DNA of 64,000 bases, taken from positions 1-64,000 of the forward strand of contig NMRA01000693.1 in NCBI GenBank assembly GCA_002633005.1, written 5' to 3'. The stretch comes from Phoronis australis (Eukaryota; Animalia; Phoronida). Below the pieces are notes generated by a model. The model searched no databases, had not been told where the DNA came from, and was given only the letters and a program-made list of their open reading frames with translations. Position numbers and translations under genes: made by a program. Shown piece after piece: positions 25,955 through 38,008 of this stretch (its first letter is position 1; every line of letters starts with the position of its first letter).

Positions 25955-27125
25955 TCTCCATGAGTGTAAATCTGAAAAAAACTAAGATTATTGTTTTTAG
26001 AAATGGCGGACCACTCAGAGCGTATGAGACGTGGTATTATGGAAATCAATTAGTGGAGGTTGTCTCCCAATATAATATCTTGGAATATTTTTTACACCTA
26101 GATTAGTTTGGTCCAAAGCCACTGAAACACTGGCACGTCAAGGTAGTAAAACTGCTATGTCTATCTCTAAAATTAGAAACTGGTGCACGGAATTACCCGT
26201 ATCACTTGAACTATTTGATAAAATTGCTGTGCCAATTATGTGCTACTGTGCAGAAATCTGGGGATTCAAAGAATATGAAGGGCTTGAAAATGTATATGTT
26301 AAATTCTGTGAAATTGGAGTTCGACACTCTTGTTCTAACGCAGCTGTATTGCGTGAATGTGGAATTTATCCGCTCTATGCAAAGTACAATGTCACAAGTG
26401 TAAAATATTGGCTAAAGTTATTGAAAATGCCACCTACTAGATACGGTAAAACTACTTATGACATGTTAACTGATTTAGATAGGAATGGGAGAAATATTTG
26501 AGTACCTTCTGTTAGACAATTGCTATCAAAATACGGTTTTTATGAAATTTGGTCGAATCACGATGTCATGTGCGAAGTCCCGTTTTTAAGTATCTTCGCG
26601 CAAAGAGTTAATGACTGGTATGAGCAAGGTTGGCGATCAGAAATTGAACATAATGCAAAACTTAAATACTACTGTAACTTTAAGACTGTGTCCTGTTTTG
26701 AACCATATCTTAAGTTACCGCTGCGTAATAGTCATATTCGTGCGTTCACTCGGTTACGTTGCTCCAACCATCGACTAGCCTACAAGTGGGACTGGGTAGA
26801 CACGAGGAAATGGAATATTATAATAGATTATATTTGATTTGAAATGATGAGGATGAATACCACTTCCTGTTGATTTGCGAGGGATATTGTGAACTTAGGT
26901 GACGTTTTATGAAGGAAGTTCAATGGAAGCATCCAACTCAAGAATCCTGTATACACCTGCTAGCTAATCCAGATATATCAGTGTTTTTGTGTGTATTCTG
27001 CTCTTCAAGTTAAAAGAAGAGAACAACCCTTACATGCATGGGTTACTGCGAGTGGAAATGTGCCTGTTTAATTTTTGTTTATTGTACTTTGGGCCAGAGG
27101 CCTTTAATACAAATAAATGTAATGA
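25955..27125 (+). mobile_element. 3' fragment of an RTE-X-like LINE (end of RT and C-terminal region)
   Basis: VNLKKTKIIVFRNGG, LFDKIAVPIMCYCAEIWG, VKYWLKLL, TRLRCSNHRL, DEYHFLLIC; ends in AATAAA. Frameshifted. Confidence 0.8.
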
Positions 27126-27442
27126 TTGAACTTCTGCACGATTCAATAATTCATGGCATTTCATGGATTCGTTATTTGCAGTTCCTTACATATTCATTTA
27201 TTCGTTGCATTATTTGAATTTATTAACCCACTGCATTGATTAAATCGTAGTGTCGATTCAGCAATTAGTAATTAACTTGTAGCATTGTCCATGTACAGAT
27301 TTCTGGCTCATTAAATCTGTCTCTTTTTACATGTTCAATAACATGTTGCACGGATTCACCCGCTCTTCGCATTTTACGCAGTCACTAATTCTTTGCAATG
27401 TGCAAATTTATTGGTTTGTTAGTTTTTCTCAGGTTATCCATT

Positions 27443-27960
27443 TCAGAGCATTTTGGAGCAGGATTTGATGAAGCTGTTTTCAAGATTTCCCGTAAAAAGG
27501 TTGGCAAAAATAGGAGCAACCCTAGTGCCCATAGCTGTGCCTAATATTTGGAGATAGTGATTATTATTAAAGGTAAAATGATTCATGGTAACTACATGTT
27601 CAAGAAGAGAGCGAATAAAAGGTGTAGGTACATTAGGATTATTTCGTTGACTAAGAAACTTGGTACAGGCTTCTATGCCTTCATGTTGAGGAATATTAGT
27701 GTATAAGCTTTTAACATCAAGAGTTACGAGAAGGGCATTTTTAGGTAAATCACTGATGTTTTTAATTATATTAAGAAACTGATTCGTATCTTTAACATAT
27801 GAAGGAAGGGTGGGGACAAATTGATGAAGATGGTAGTCGGCAAACTGAGAATTTTTTTCTGTAGGGCAGTTGTTGCTGGCTATAATTGGGCGTCCAGGAT
27901 TACCTTCTTTGTGGATTTTAGGAAGGAGATAAAAGCGACTAGGTTGAGCATCATTAGGAA
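27443..27960 (-). mobile_element. Penelope-like element reverse transcriptase fragment
   Basis: RFYLLPKIHK..NPGRPIIA, LPSYVKDTNQFL, LVTLDVKSLYTNIP and YLQILGTAMGTRVAPIFANLF are typical PLE RT motifs. Confidence 0.9.
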
Positions 27961-29159
27961 TGAAGTACCTACATCTTTCATTCGCTCTCTTCTTGAACAT
28001 GTACTTACAGAGCATTTTGAGGATTTGTAAATTTGTTGAATTTTGTGAATTTAATCACTCGTCTCATTTTCTGCCTCGTTGCCTTTTTCAGATCTTTGTA
28101 TGTACTTTTTGGATTCATTTAATTTCTTTGCACTTCACATATTCAATTCACGGCATCACGGCCTTATGATTTTATAATTATCTCCACTTAACGTTGTCTT
28201 GGTGATTTTTGTTTTGCTGTTTCACTGATAATGACGCATTTTTCACCGATTCTTTCATGGCGTCGTTAATTAGTTGCATTTTAAATTCGTTTGTTTATAT
28301 TATTTACGAATTCATTTGTTTGTTTCATCTTGCAGTGCAATAATTCGTAGCGTTCACTTAAGGATTGGCGGGACAGCTACTAGAACGCCGGAAACTGATA
28401 TTCACATTACAAATTGATCGTTTCGGCGGTATTTTTTTAAATTGACATTTTTTGGAAGAGTTCCTATGTTGTTGTTTGATACATGTATTTTCCACTAGAA
28501 ATGGGGGTCTCTGGGACTTGAACTCGAGCCTCGCGTCTTACGACATGCCTGTTACTACAACGACACAGCGGTCACCGTTTTTGTCACTGGCGGCCGGCGG
28601 GAAAAGCGGCGGCCGCCAAGAAGGTAACACAGAAATAACTCGGTTCTGTTCCACATTGTTCGAATAAAGGTAAAAAGTAGCTCCCGTGACAGAGAATCGG
28701 ATTAACGAATTTAAGTGCAACAGTTCACACAACGGGTTATTATAATTATAGCCTACTTCCGACAAGAATTCAAGGGGACTGGGTGGCCGATGCTATTTGC
28801 CGGGCAGCTGCTGTACAGTATTGCTCCGTACTACGTGTCACGTGCACTGCTTTTTACAAATCGTACAAAAACTTGAGTCCCGAATTATCGACGTATGTTC
28901 ATGACTTTTTCGAACAGTTTTCCTTAAATCATCATCGGGAAATTCTCTTTTTGTTTTCATCCCGGGTCCCCGGCCGTCCTCCACATATAGCTGTATCACT
29001 AGTGCGGGAAGGGCACTGATCGGATATAGCTATCCCTGATTTTGAGAACCAGTTTCAGTGATTGCCTAGTTCGCTAAATCAGGGACCGTTGTATACACAG
29101 AAGCCGGTCTTCGTACTCATTTTCCACCACTCAACCCACATCACAATATAATCCAACCA

Positions 29160-29262
29160 GAGCCCAATTAGGAAGTGCTTCAGATCTAAACCGCCACCTA
29201 TTGACAATAAATACAGTTACAGGAAGTCTGCTTTGCGCATTTGATGAAATTAAATGGCGGTA
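29160..29262 (+). promoter_or_regulatory. Putative housekeeping-type promoter of the FLASH-like gene
   Basis: CCAAT, two AGGAAGT (ETS), TGCGCAT (NRF1-like) and AAATGGCG (YY1) cluster 50-150 bp upstream of ATG 29312. Confidence 0.4.
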
Positions 29263-29311
29263 ATTTCTTGCATTGTTTACTGTCGCAAGTAAACTCATCG
29301 CATGCCTAATA

Positions 29312-29389
29312 ATGGACGCAATTGCTGTCGAAGAAAGTTGCACGTATGACCTTTATTCGGAACTTATCACTGACGAACATCACGATGAG
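29312..29389 (+). CDS. CASP8AP2: FLASH-like exon 1 (MDAIAVEESCTYDLYSELITDEHHDE)
   Basis: ATG, DLY motif, phase-0 donor GAG|GTATAA. Confidence 0.75.
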
Positions 29390-32300
29390 GTATAAAACTT
29401 GTTCATAGCTGGTCAATGACCGAAATTAGACAGTTACCAACATCTCTAGTCTAGTGCCAGTGTGTGGCAACGATGGCCCCGGCAGATGAGACCGTGAAGC
29501 GCCGCAAGATGCGGAGACTTATGCCTTACATAGCCAACTAGCTCAGTAGCTGTATGAAGGCTATCATCAAAATACAGCTACTGAGCTAGGAGGCACTGTG
29601 AGTTGAGCTCCGACAGATCTCGAAATTGCANNNNNNNNNNNNNNNNNNNNNNNNNNNNNNNNNNNNNNNNNNNNNNNNNNNNNNNNNNNNNNGGGGGGTG
29701 CATGCAAAATTGGGGTGTCAACTGACACTCACCTTGCCCTGACAAATTAAATCGTCTGCCATATTGTAATCTCAGTTTTTGACCCAATGATGTCATGTAC
29801 TAGTAGTTACCGGAATGTCAGCCAATCAGCCTTGGTTCACTAGTTCACAAAAATGCAAATATCAGAGTGACAAGCGAATGGTAAACAGGTCTTCGAGTGA
29901 ATAACTTCTTTCGAAAGGTTTGATCTCTGTGCAGTTATATTCGTCGTATTGACTTCTGCTGATAAATATGATCACGCGATTGCCGGTACTTTTGACGTGT
30001 TCTTGATAATATTTGATATGCAGTTCAAAATTTACTGTGATATGTACAACTTAATTCTGCACCGACTTCGAACCCTATTTAAATTCCACTCTCAGCCCCA
30101 CGCAGAACAGTTCACTAATTTATTTTAGTTTTTTGACACCAGCTGGGATTCAAATTCTCCCACTTTATCAGCGGCATCCACTGTCTTTGAGTCACGGATA
30201 CGTCTTTGAGTCACGGATACGTCTTTGAGTCACGGATACGTCTTTGCTGTTGGAAATGTGTGGAAGTGGGTGTCCTTGTTCATCAATCGCTATCTCAAAA
30301 GGTTTACTTTTTTCATAAGGCATTGTTACAGTAGCGAAAATTTGCCAGCATTATAATAAAAGTAAAGGTGTTAAAATGCAATGGGTTGCAACCTCGTATT
30401 CACATTTCATGGGATCTCTATAGGTGGTGCTAAACGCCTGTCCACCAGAGACCTGGGGCCTGTTTCAAGAAACTAAGTTAAGTTCATTTTTGAATTAAGT
30501 TTAAGATTTGTCTTACTTCCAAACTCTGAAACTTCCACTTTCGGTAAGCTAGTCAAAATTGAGACAAAATTCATGCCAAACACTTAAGTCAAACTTAAGG
30601 TATCTTTCTTGAACTAGTTTTGAGACAAATTTAACTTTTATTTTAAAATTTACTAAAATTTTAAGATTTATCTTAGCTAAATTAGTTTTGTTGGAATGGG
30701 CCTCTGATCGCCATCTGGCAGATTATGTGAATTTCAAAATGGCGTGGCTATTTAGATTTGTCTTAGCTAAGTCAGTTTTGTTGGAATGGGCCCCTGATCG
30801 CCATCTGGCAGATTAGGTGAATTTCAAAATGGCGTGGCTATTTCGAAAGTCGGCTCTTAACACACCACCATTACTCTGGAGACAATCTGTCTCTGTATAC
30901 TCGACCATTCCTCACTGTGTGCCATTTTGAGGAAGTTTCACGAAATCATGCCTGTTGATATATAAAAAGACCAAGGAATATAAAATCTTACAAATTCTAC
31001 CGGATATTTTCCCGCGTTGCTTTTTACCACGCACCGGGTCATGCGCTTCTCTGAGTCTCGCGCTTGTCCTTGCCTAACAAGCGGGATGTCTGTAGAAATA
31101 CTTAGTAGTTATCACACCTGGTGTAAAAGTGGAGTTGGAATACTTAGCCAAAATCATCTTAATTATGGTAGACATGCTTCATCGAGTATCTGTGCAGAAC
31201 CAGAAAGGATTTCTGAAATAAATCAGACCATTTTAAGTGACATTTTAAGTGGAAAATTTATTTTTGATGAAGTGATAATCTCTTGTTCGGTGATCAGATT
31301 TGGCCTACTGTCCATTTAAAATACATGTGACAAATTTAAAAGAGACCGATGGGAAGTGTTATAGCAAATAGCATCAAATGAAGCATTCAAGCATAGACAG
31401 TATCTCCATCTCAACTGGCCCGAGTAGAGACGGTGACGATCCCATAGGCCATCCATACGCTGAACGCTTTTTGGAAAATTATGCCTCGTGTATTGCTATA
31501 ACTACCTTTTTGCATATAGAGAGACACCTTAGGAGGCGATTGATGTCTTTAACTTGTCCCAGCTCAAACAAATACTCCCGCAATCAATCGTTCGGTGGCC
31601 TAAATCGGCAACTGACCTTTTTTACCCTGCTCACACCAGGGGATATGACATGCTGTTCATTCACTTGATACGTCTCAAGGCTTTGATGAGCTGGCTCTCT
31701 ATATGATACTCAATAAAATTAAGGGAGTCGCTGACCTTTTTGGGCTATGATCTCTGAACTTCAATTGACCCAAATCACACAATTGAGCAAGTGGGAGTTC
31801 CACTTATAAATATGTGTGTATGCTTTTGAAGCATACACACATTTGGCTATTTCCCTTTCTCTTGAATGGCTTGGACTGTTAATTAAGTGACAAACATTGC
31901 AAAGTTATGAATTTGTAATTTGCCATATGTCTATGTGGTGATTGTTGAAGTATTGTCAGACGGCTTACTGTGGGAGATCTGCTGACAACTTTTGTCTTCA
32001 AGGTTGTCATGTACAAATGATAAATCTAATTGCAAACAATGGCAATGGTTTTTGTTTGTAATTGTTTTTGTCATTGTATAAACTCGTTTGCAAATTAAAA
32101 TGATTGTATTTTTCATTTTAGACAGCGAAACAAAAGGCATCGCTTGAATTAGAGGTTGATGAGCATAAGTCTCAGATTGCTTCACTGATAAAGGAGAAGG
32201 AGGCACTTCAACAAGAGAATAAACAGCTGAAGGCAAATATCTCTGCTCTTCTCATCACTGCTAGGAATGAAATAACGAGGAAAGACACACAAATAAGACA

Positions 32301-35300
32301 GCTGCGAAAACAGTGAGTAGACTGTGTACTTGATTTGATGAATGAGGTACAGAAAGTGTAATCAGGCTTTGCAATGCTATGTCTTTTCAACACGCGAACA
32401 GAAAATTAATGAGGAATGTTTATGTGTCAATTTTTCAACAGAAATTAATGAAGATTTGACTTAATTACTGGTTAATGTACATCAGAGTAGNCACACCAGG
32501 GGATATGACATGCTGTTCATTCACTTGATACGTCTCAAGGTTTTGATGAGCTGGCTCTCTATATGATACTCAATAAAATTAAGGGAGTCACTGACCTTTT
32601 TGGGCTATGATCTCTGAACTTTAATTGACCCAAATCACACAATTGAGCAAGTGGGAGTTCCACTTATAAATATGTGTGTATGCTTTTGAAGCATACACAC
32701 ATTTGGCTATTTCCCTTTTTCTTGAATGGCTTGGACTGTTAATTAAGCGACAAACATTGCAAAGTTATGAATTTGTAATTTGCCATATATGTCTATGTGG
32801 GGATTGTTGAAGTATTGTCAGACGGCTTACTGTGGGAGATCTGCTGACAACCTCTGTCTTCAAGGTTGTCATGTACAAATGATAAATCTAATTGCAAACA
32901 ATGGCAATGGTTTTTGTTTGTAATTGTTTTTGTCATTGTATAAACTCGTTTGCAAATTAAAATGATTTTATCATTGTATTTTTCATTTTAGACAGCGAAA
33001 CAAAAGGCATCGCTTGAATTAGAGGTTGATGAGCATAAGTCTCAGATTGCTTCACTGATAAAGGAGAAGGAGGCACTTCAACAAGAGAATAAACAGCTGA
33101 AGGCAAATATCTCTGCTCTTCTCATCACTGCTAGGAATGAAATAACGAGGAAAGACACACAAATAAGACAGCTGCGAAAACAGTGAGTAGACTGTGTACT
33201 TGATTTGATGAATGAGGTACAGAAAGTGTAATCAGGCTTTGCAATGCTATGTCTTTTCAACACGCGAACAGAAAATTAATGAGGAATGTTTATGTGTCAA
33301 TTTTTCAACAGAAATTAATGAAGATTTGACTTAATTACTGGTTAATGTACATCAGAGTAGAGTTAGATGAAATGGTTCGGCTGAACTAGAAAAAATTCAA
33401 TGAAAGTTCATGCTAATCTAATTTTATTGTCTGAATGGTCTTTTACCTGGTTGTGCAAGACAATAGTAGTATGAATCATGCTCTCTAAATTAGGCTGCCT
33501 CTTTTGTCACAGTACCTTCCCCGCCCCAGTCGATAATTGCAAAATTGTAATTCTGTATGGGACAAATTCTGAAGATGCTATTATCCATTTCATTTTGGTT
33601 TAAAGTTTAAAACAGGATTCCTGATGCTCCTCAGTTTCTCCGGTTTCATTTTAGTGACAATGCTGGAAAAGATATTTTTAACTGTTTGGTGAACTAATTT
33701 ATAAGAAGACACAATTTGAAACAAACCGAGTGGTGATTCTAATCACTCCAGTGTTGTATGAGTGGTGAAGCTTAGGCCATAGATATATTCAGTACAAAAT
33801 TGAAGTAGTCCCAGTTATAATCTCGTAGGCTACTGGGTGCTAACACTTTTATTTGAATCTCTGTCAAAAATTTAGTTAATGTGCACTGATGGTGAAAAAA
33901 TCTCTTCTGCATTTCTAACATCCATGGGTGTGTTTACTCCAACCGGTATCTAAGGGTGCTAAGTTGAGCTGTTTTATTCAAAAATTAATTGTTCAAATTT
34001 GCTGTGTTCTTTTTAACTGTCTTGTTCCACATTGTATTTGGTGCTGCTTGCCAGAAAATCCTCATAGAATTCTCGAGAACAAAATGAACAATGCTATCAC
34101 CATCTTCAGTAGCAAATTCACCTCTATCAGCTGCCAATATTACAGGTGCCTTCATGGTTTGATCTGTGTTCTTGTTTTTTTTTTTTTGTTTTTTTGTTTT
34201 TTCGCTTTCACTTTATACGGAGGTTCTCATTCATTCTCTTGCATATGTTCACTGCTAAGTGTTCATGAGCTTATGTCAGATGGCATGAAAAATGAAGTGA
34301 TACTTGATTTATGTTCAATGAGAGATTTTAGAAATCACGTTTTCTTGTGAAGCGTGTACATTCGGAGTCAATAGTCACAAACGTCAAAAAGAAAAAAATT
34401 CAGATGAGATGTTTTGTCACACGAAGCCAAATTCCCACCACAAGTCCTGTTGGAAAGCCTGGTTAGAACATGTCTGTGGTACTGAGGCTTCATTATGTTT
34501 AGTCATTATATTTTCACTTTCATGTAATCTTGAAAGTAGTGATAACTGCACTAATTCACTTTTTTAATCATCTTTAAGACGTACATTACCATCAGCACTG
34601 CAGATATGTTCCTGCCTTTGTTCGTCTAAACTTTCTAAAGAGGTGGAACATTAAAAACGTAGTTTGCCAAGTAAAAACACGATCTTTCTCTGACATTATT
34701 TTGCAGGCTTGGCTTGCCGTTTAGCAAGAAAAAAGTGAGGAAGACTCCGTCTTCGAGTGCAAATTACGGTGCCGGTGCTAATTTTGTAGTTCCAGAGAAA
34801 CCGTACAAGTGCATATCTGGTGATGCTAACCCAGTCAACAGAGAGCATGTGAATAACCGACTGCTTAGTTTGTCAACAGCCAGGGGTGTAAAGGAAGGCA
34901 CATGTGCAGTATCTACCCGTCATCCTGTGAGTGACCTTGTAAGTCACTCTGATGATTTCAATCAGGACAACTCAAGACAAGAAACGAAAACTTTACCACA
35001 GGAATCCCTTCATAATAACATTGAAAGCAAAAGTTCAGCTCCACCTCAAGACAAAAAGGTTACCGTGTGGGTAAGAGGTGAGAGTTCGAGGTTCACACCA
35101 TTGGGTCAATACGAGCTAGATGCATTGACTGGAAACAATCCTGCCTTCTCACTTGAAGACTCCTGCCTTAACACTACACCAGTTTCTTCGAACACTCTCT
35201 GCGATAGTGGTGAAGCAAAGTCAAGTGACAAGTTACGTAGTGCAGAGAATGAGTTGTTAAAAAATACACAGACAGATGAAAAATTGTTGAAGGTGGTAGC

Positions 35301-38008
35301 TTCTCCGCCTTTAGAAGTTTGTGTACAGGAAATTGAGAGGCAAGAGTTAGCCAGGCCGAAAAAGACGAGGAGTCGACACTTGTCTCGTAATGAACGAGAA
35401 CGAAAGCGATGGGAGCAGTTAAAATACTGCAAACATGACCGTGTCAACAGATTGAGGTCAGATGGGCACATTGATAGGTCCAGAAATAGAAGTGAGAATA
35501 AAGAGGTTAGGGTAAGGGACGGTAGACGGTCTAGGAGTGAGACTGGTGCAAGAATGACAGATGGTAGAAAAGATGAAAGTGGGCATGAAAAGAATGACCA
35601 TCTTTCGTCGCAGATTAGATCTTATCGTAGTGGGAGGAAAAGCATAGTTCAACAAAAGTCGTTGAGTAGTGGTAGGGCATTAGGGAGTAAGAAAACTAGA
35701 CTGGGCAATAGTGAACCTTCAGATAGGCACTACAGGGCACATGGCTCGGCTGAGAAAATCAAGCTGAGGATTGTAAGGGAGGATAATGTGAATGGAGGTT
35801 CTAAACCAGACAGCTCGCCTAATCGCGCTAGAACTGAGATTAGTAGGCAGAAAGGTTTAGACATAAGTAGAACATCAGACTCCAGTGCAGTGACGGAGAG
35901 CGTCAAACGTAAGCCTGTCTGTTCTGAACACACTTCTCATAATGACCGAAAGAGAAAGGATGAAAAACGAAGTCCGTCCAGGCGTGAAGTAAAGAGAAAG
36001 CATTCCATAGACATTTCCTCGGCATCACCTCGCAAAAGAAAAAGAATGACTATGCAGTGTGACAGCAGTAGAGACAGCTTGAAAACTCTGAGTAGTCTTC
36101 GAGAGCATTCAAGGCAGTCCTCTCGTAGAAATGCAGCTAGAGACCTGTTGGCCAAAGCAAAGTCAAGTTCTTCCAGGAAACAGGTGCTCGCTAAGAGTCA
36201 CGATCTCAGGAGAAAGTCTGACTCTTTGTTTTCTTATTTATATTCCTCTGGTGCTGGAAACCCTCAGAAAACAGATACTGGAAGCAAACAACATATTAAT
36301 GAACATTCTAATTTCAAAACAAAGTCCCAGAAAGAGAATGTTGCACTTGAAAGCTCCAGTCCCACTAATAAAGCAAGGACTGAAAACAGTAAGGACTTGG
36401 AGTTTGACAATCCTAAAGACACCAAACCTTTTTCTGGTGGTAGTGAAAGATGTGGAAAAATGAGTGCAGTTGATTCCTTGAAATGCCAGTCGACATGTAA
36501 TAGCATCTCGAATGAGGTTGAAGAAAATCATAAAATGGCTCAAGAACATTCACATGTGGGTCGATTTGTGAAGTCGAAAGAGTTAGATGCTGATTGCGTT
36601 GCAGCTGTCGGCTCTCACTTAGTCGAAAGTGAAATTGCCAGTGATAGTTGTGAAGGGGTCCTTATCTTGTCTGACCGGGTTGACAAGGAATTTTTGGAAT
36701 TGAGCCCTGTGAAATCCTCTCGCGGTAATCCTCAGAAAGTTAGTTCCAGACTTGACAAAGAGCAAGCGAACGTGAGGACTGGTCTCTCTGATACACAAGA
36801 AGTTTCTCAGACTATGTATGTTAAGGACGCAAAAGGCGAAGGTGGTGAACAGTTGAGTGTCAGTGCAGAAGAAGGGGAGATAACTTCAGATTCTGATACC
36901 GAAGGTGTTACCTCAGACAAGTCGAACAAGAACTGTGCAATGCATAAAGGCACTTCCTCGAAAAGAGTTTCTGATCCTAGGAGACCAGGTGAAAGGTCAA
37001 GTGTTGGAAAAAATAGGCCAAATTTTCTTTCTAGTAGTCACCGAGCAGACAGTCATAAAGTAGAGAGGCTTACTCACAGACGGAGTTCTTCAAGACCATC
37101 TAGGGATGCCCGCAGTAGTAGTCCACGAAAACGCGATCATGGCAAATCGTCAAAAAGTAGGTCAAACTCAAAGGAAAGGCTGGGTAGGCGACCAGACAAG
37201 AGGGACGTGCGGGGTAAGTTTGCTTTTGAAATATCTGGGACAACAATCTGGCAAGAGAAATCCATATATTTTAATGTTGCCCCAAGTTTTTACGTTAAAG
37301 TGAATATTTGACTCTTGGACATTCATTAATTTGTTACTGAATTATGACCTGAAGCAGTGCTTGACACATGCGAAAATTCTGCTCAAAAATACTAGTGACA
37401 GCCCCGGATTTGGGCTCGTAAAAAGTGGCAGCGAAAAAAGTGCCGAACATTTGCTCGGCGCCCATCCAAGAGGTATGATTAAGGTTTACTTGTATGTTAC
37501 TTTTTTACTTGTGTTTTTGAGCCTTTACTGTGTTGTGTGTCAAGTTGTACCTTGTGACATCATGTATTCCAAGACAAAATTTGTATGTATCTGTCACAAC
37601 TTACTGCTTGGTTTAAAAACATATGTAGGAAAAGTGGGATTTTTTTATAATGGGTCTAAGGGAGGATTCTCTTCAAAACTGTTCCATGATTTTAACTGTT
37701 AGAACTGAATCGTAATAATTTCAGTCTTCTATTAAGTTGGGTGTGAGGGGCTGCATGGAATTGTTTGTTACAAGACTGGTGTGGTACAAGTAAAGTTGGT
37801 CATGGTTGTTGTTTGTCAGGGAGGTGTATTGCATCCACTAATTGCTAATATTGATAATAACTCAATTATTGCTATGTGTATTTTTACATAATTATGATCT
37901 TTTTTACTTTCAGCGACAGTCCAGAGGCTAAGTACCCATGGCAGAGAGCGTAACAGAAGATTGGAGTCTAGACAGCCTGCTAGAGATAGTTCAGGAAGGA
38001 GAAGCTAG
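29312..38008 (+). CDS. CASP8AP2: CASP8-associated protein 2 / FLASH-like protein (histone pre-mRNA 3'-processing factor), spliced, ~956 aa
   Basis: Phase-consistent GT-AG exons 29312-29389, 32122-32312 (or its duplicate 32992-33182), 34707-37213 and 37914-38008. SCTYDLYSELITDE|TAK...ENKQLKANISALLITARNEITRKD matches the FLASH N-terminal LDLY and coiled-coil region as I recall it (SCLDLYEEILTEEGTAK...[24 protein letters not shown]). EEGEITSDSD motif and S/R/K-rich body. Confidence 0.85.
30183..30246. repeat. 19-bp tandem repeat (GTCTTTGAGTCACGGATAC) x3.4
   Basis: Three perfect copies plus a partial one; each contains TGAGTCA. Confidence 0.95.
30456..30793. mobile_element. PIF/Harbinger-like MITE whose right end is tandemly duplicated (~90 bp)
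   Basis: Termini GGGCCTGTTTCAAGAAACT / AGTTTTGTTGGAATGGGCCC, CTG on both flanks (3-bp CWG TSD), internal TTAAG-rich subrepeats; ~30660-30750 is repeated at ~30751-30843. Confidence 0.6.
32122..32312 (+). CDS. CASP8AP2: FLASH-like exon 2 (coiled coil), copy 1
   Basis: TTTTAG|ACAGCG...AAACA|GTGAGT; TAKQKASLELEVDEHKSQIASLIKEKEALQQENKQLKANISALLITARNEITRKDTQIRQLRK. Confidence 0.8.
32992..33182 (+). CDS. CASP8AP2: FLASH-like exon 2, identical copy 2 (probable assembly duplicate)
   Basis: Identical to 32122-32312 and lies in the block duplicated across the single N at 32491. Confidence 0.7.
34707..37213 (+). CDS. CASP8AP2: FLASH-like large exon 3 (low-complexity, S/R/K-rich)
   Basis: The 865-codon ORF 34714-37311 is bounded by acceptor TTTTGCAG|G and donor G|GTAAGT; phases match the neighbouring exons. 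Confidence 0.9.
37914..38008 (+). CDS. CASP8AP2: FLASH-like terminal exon (ATVQRLSTHGRERNRRLESRQPARDSSGRRS*)
   Basis: Polypyrimidine tract and CAG acceptor, phase-1 compatible, R/S-rich continuation, AATAAA at ~38297. Confidence 0.65.

Noticed and set aside
30183-30246. CRISPR-like short repeats
   Set aside because: The repeats abut with no spacers, there are no cas genes, and the context is a eukaryotic intron.
35106-36549. Minus-strand ORFs within the large FLASH exon
   Set aside because: They are antisense shadows of the plus-strand coding exon.
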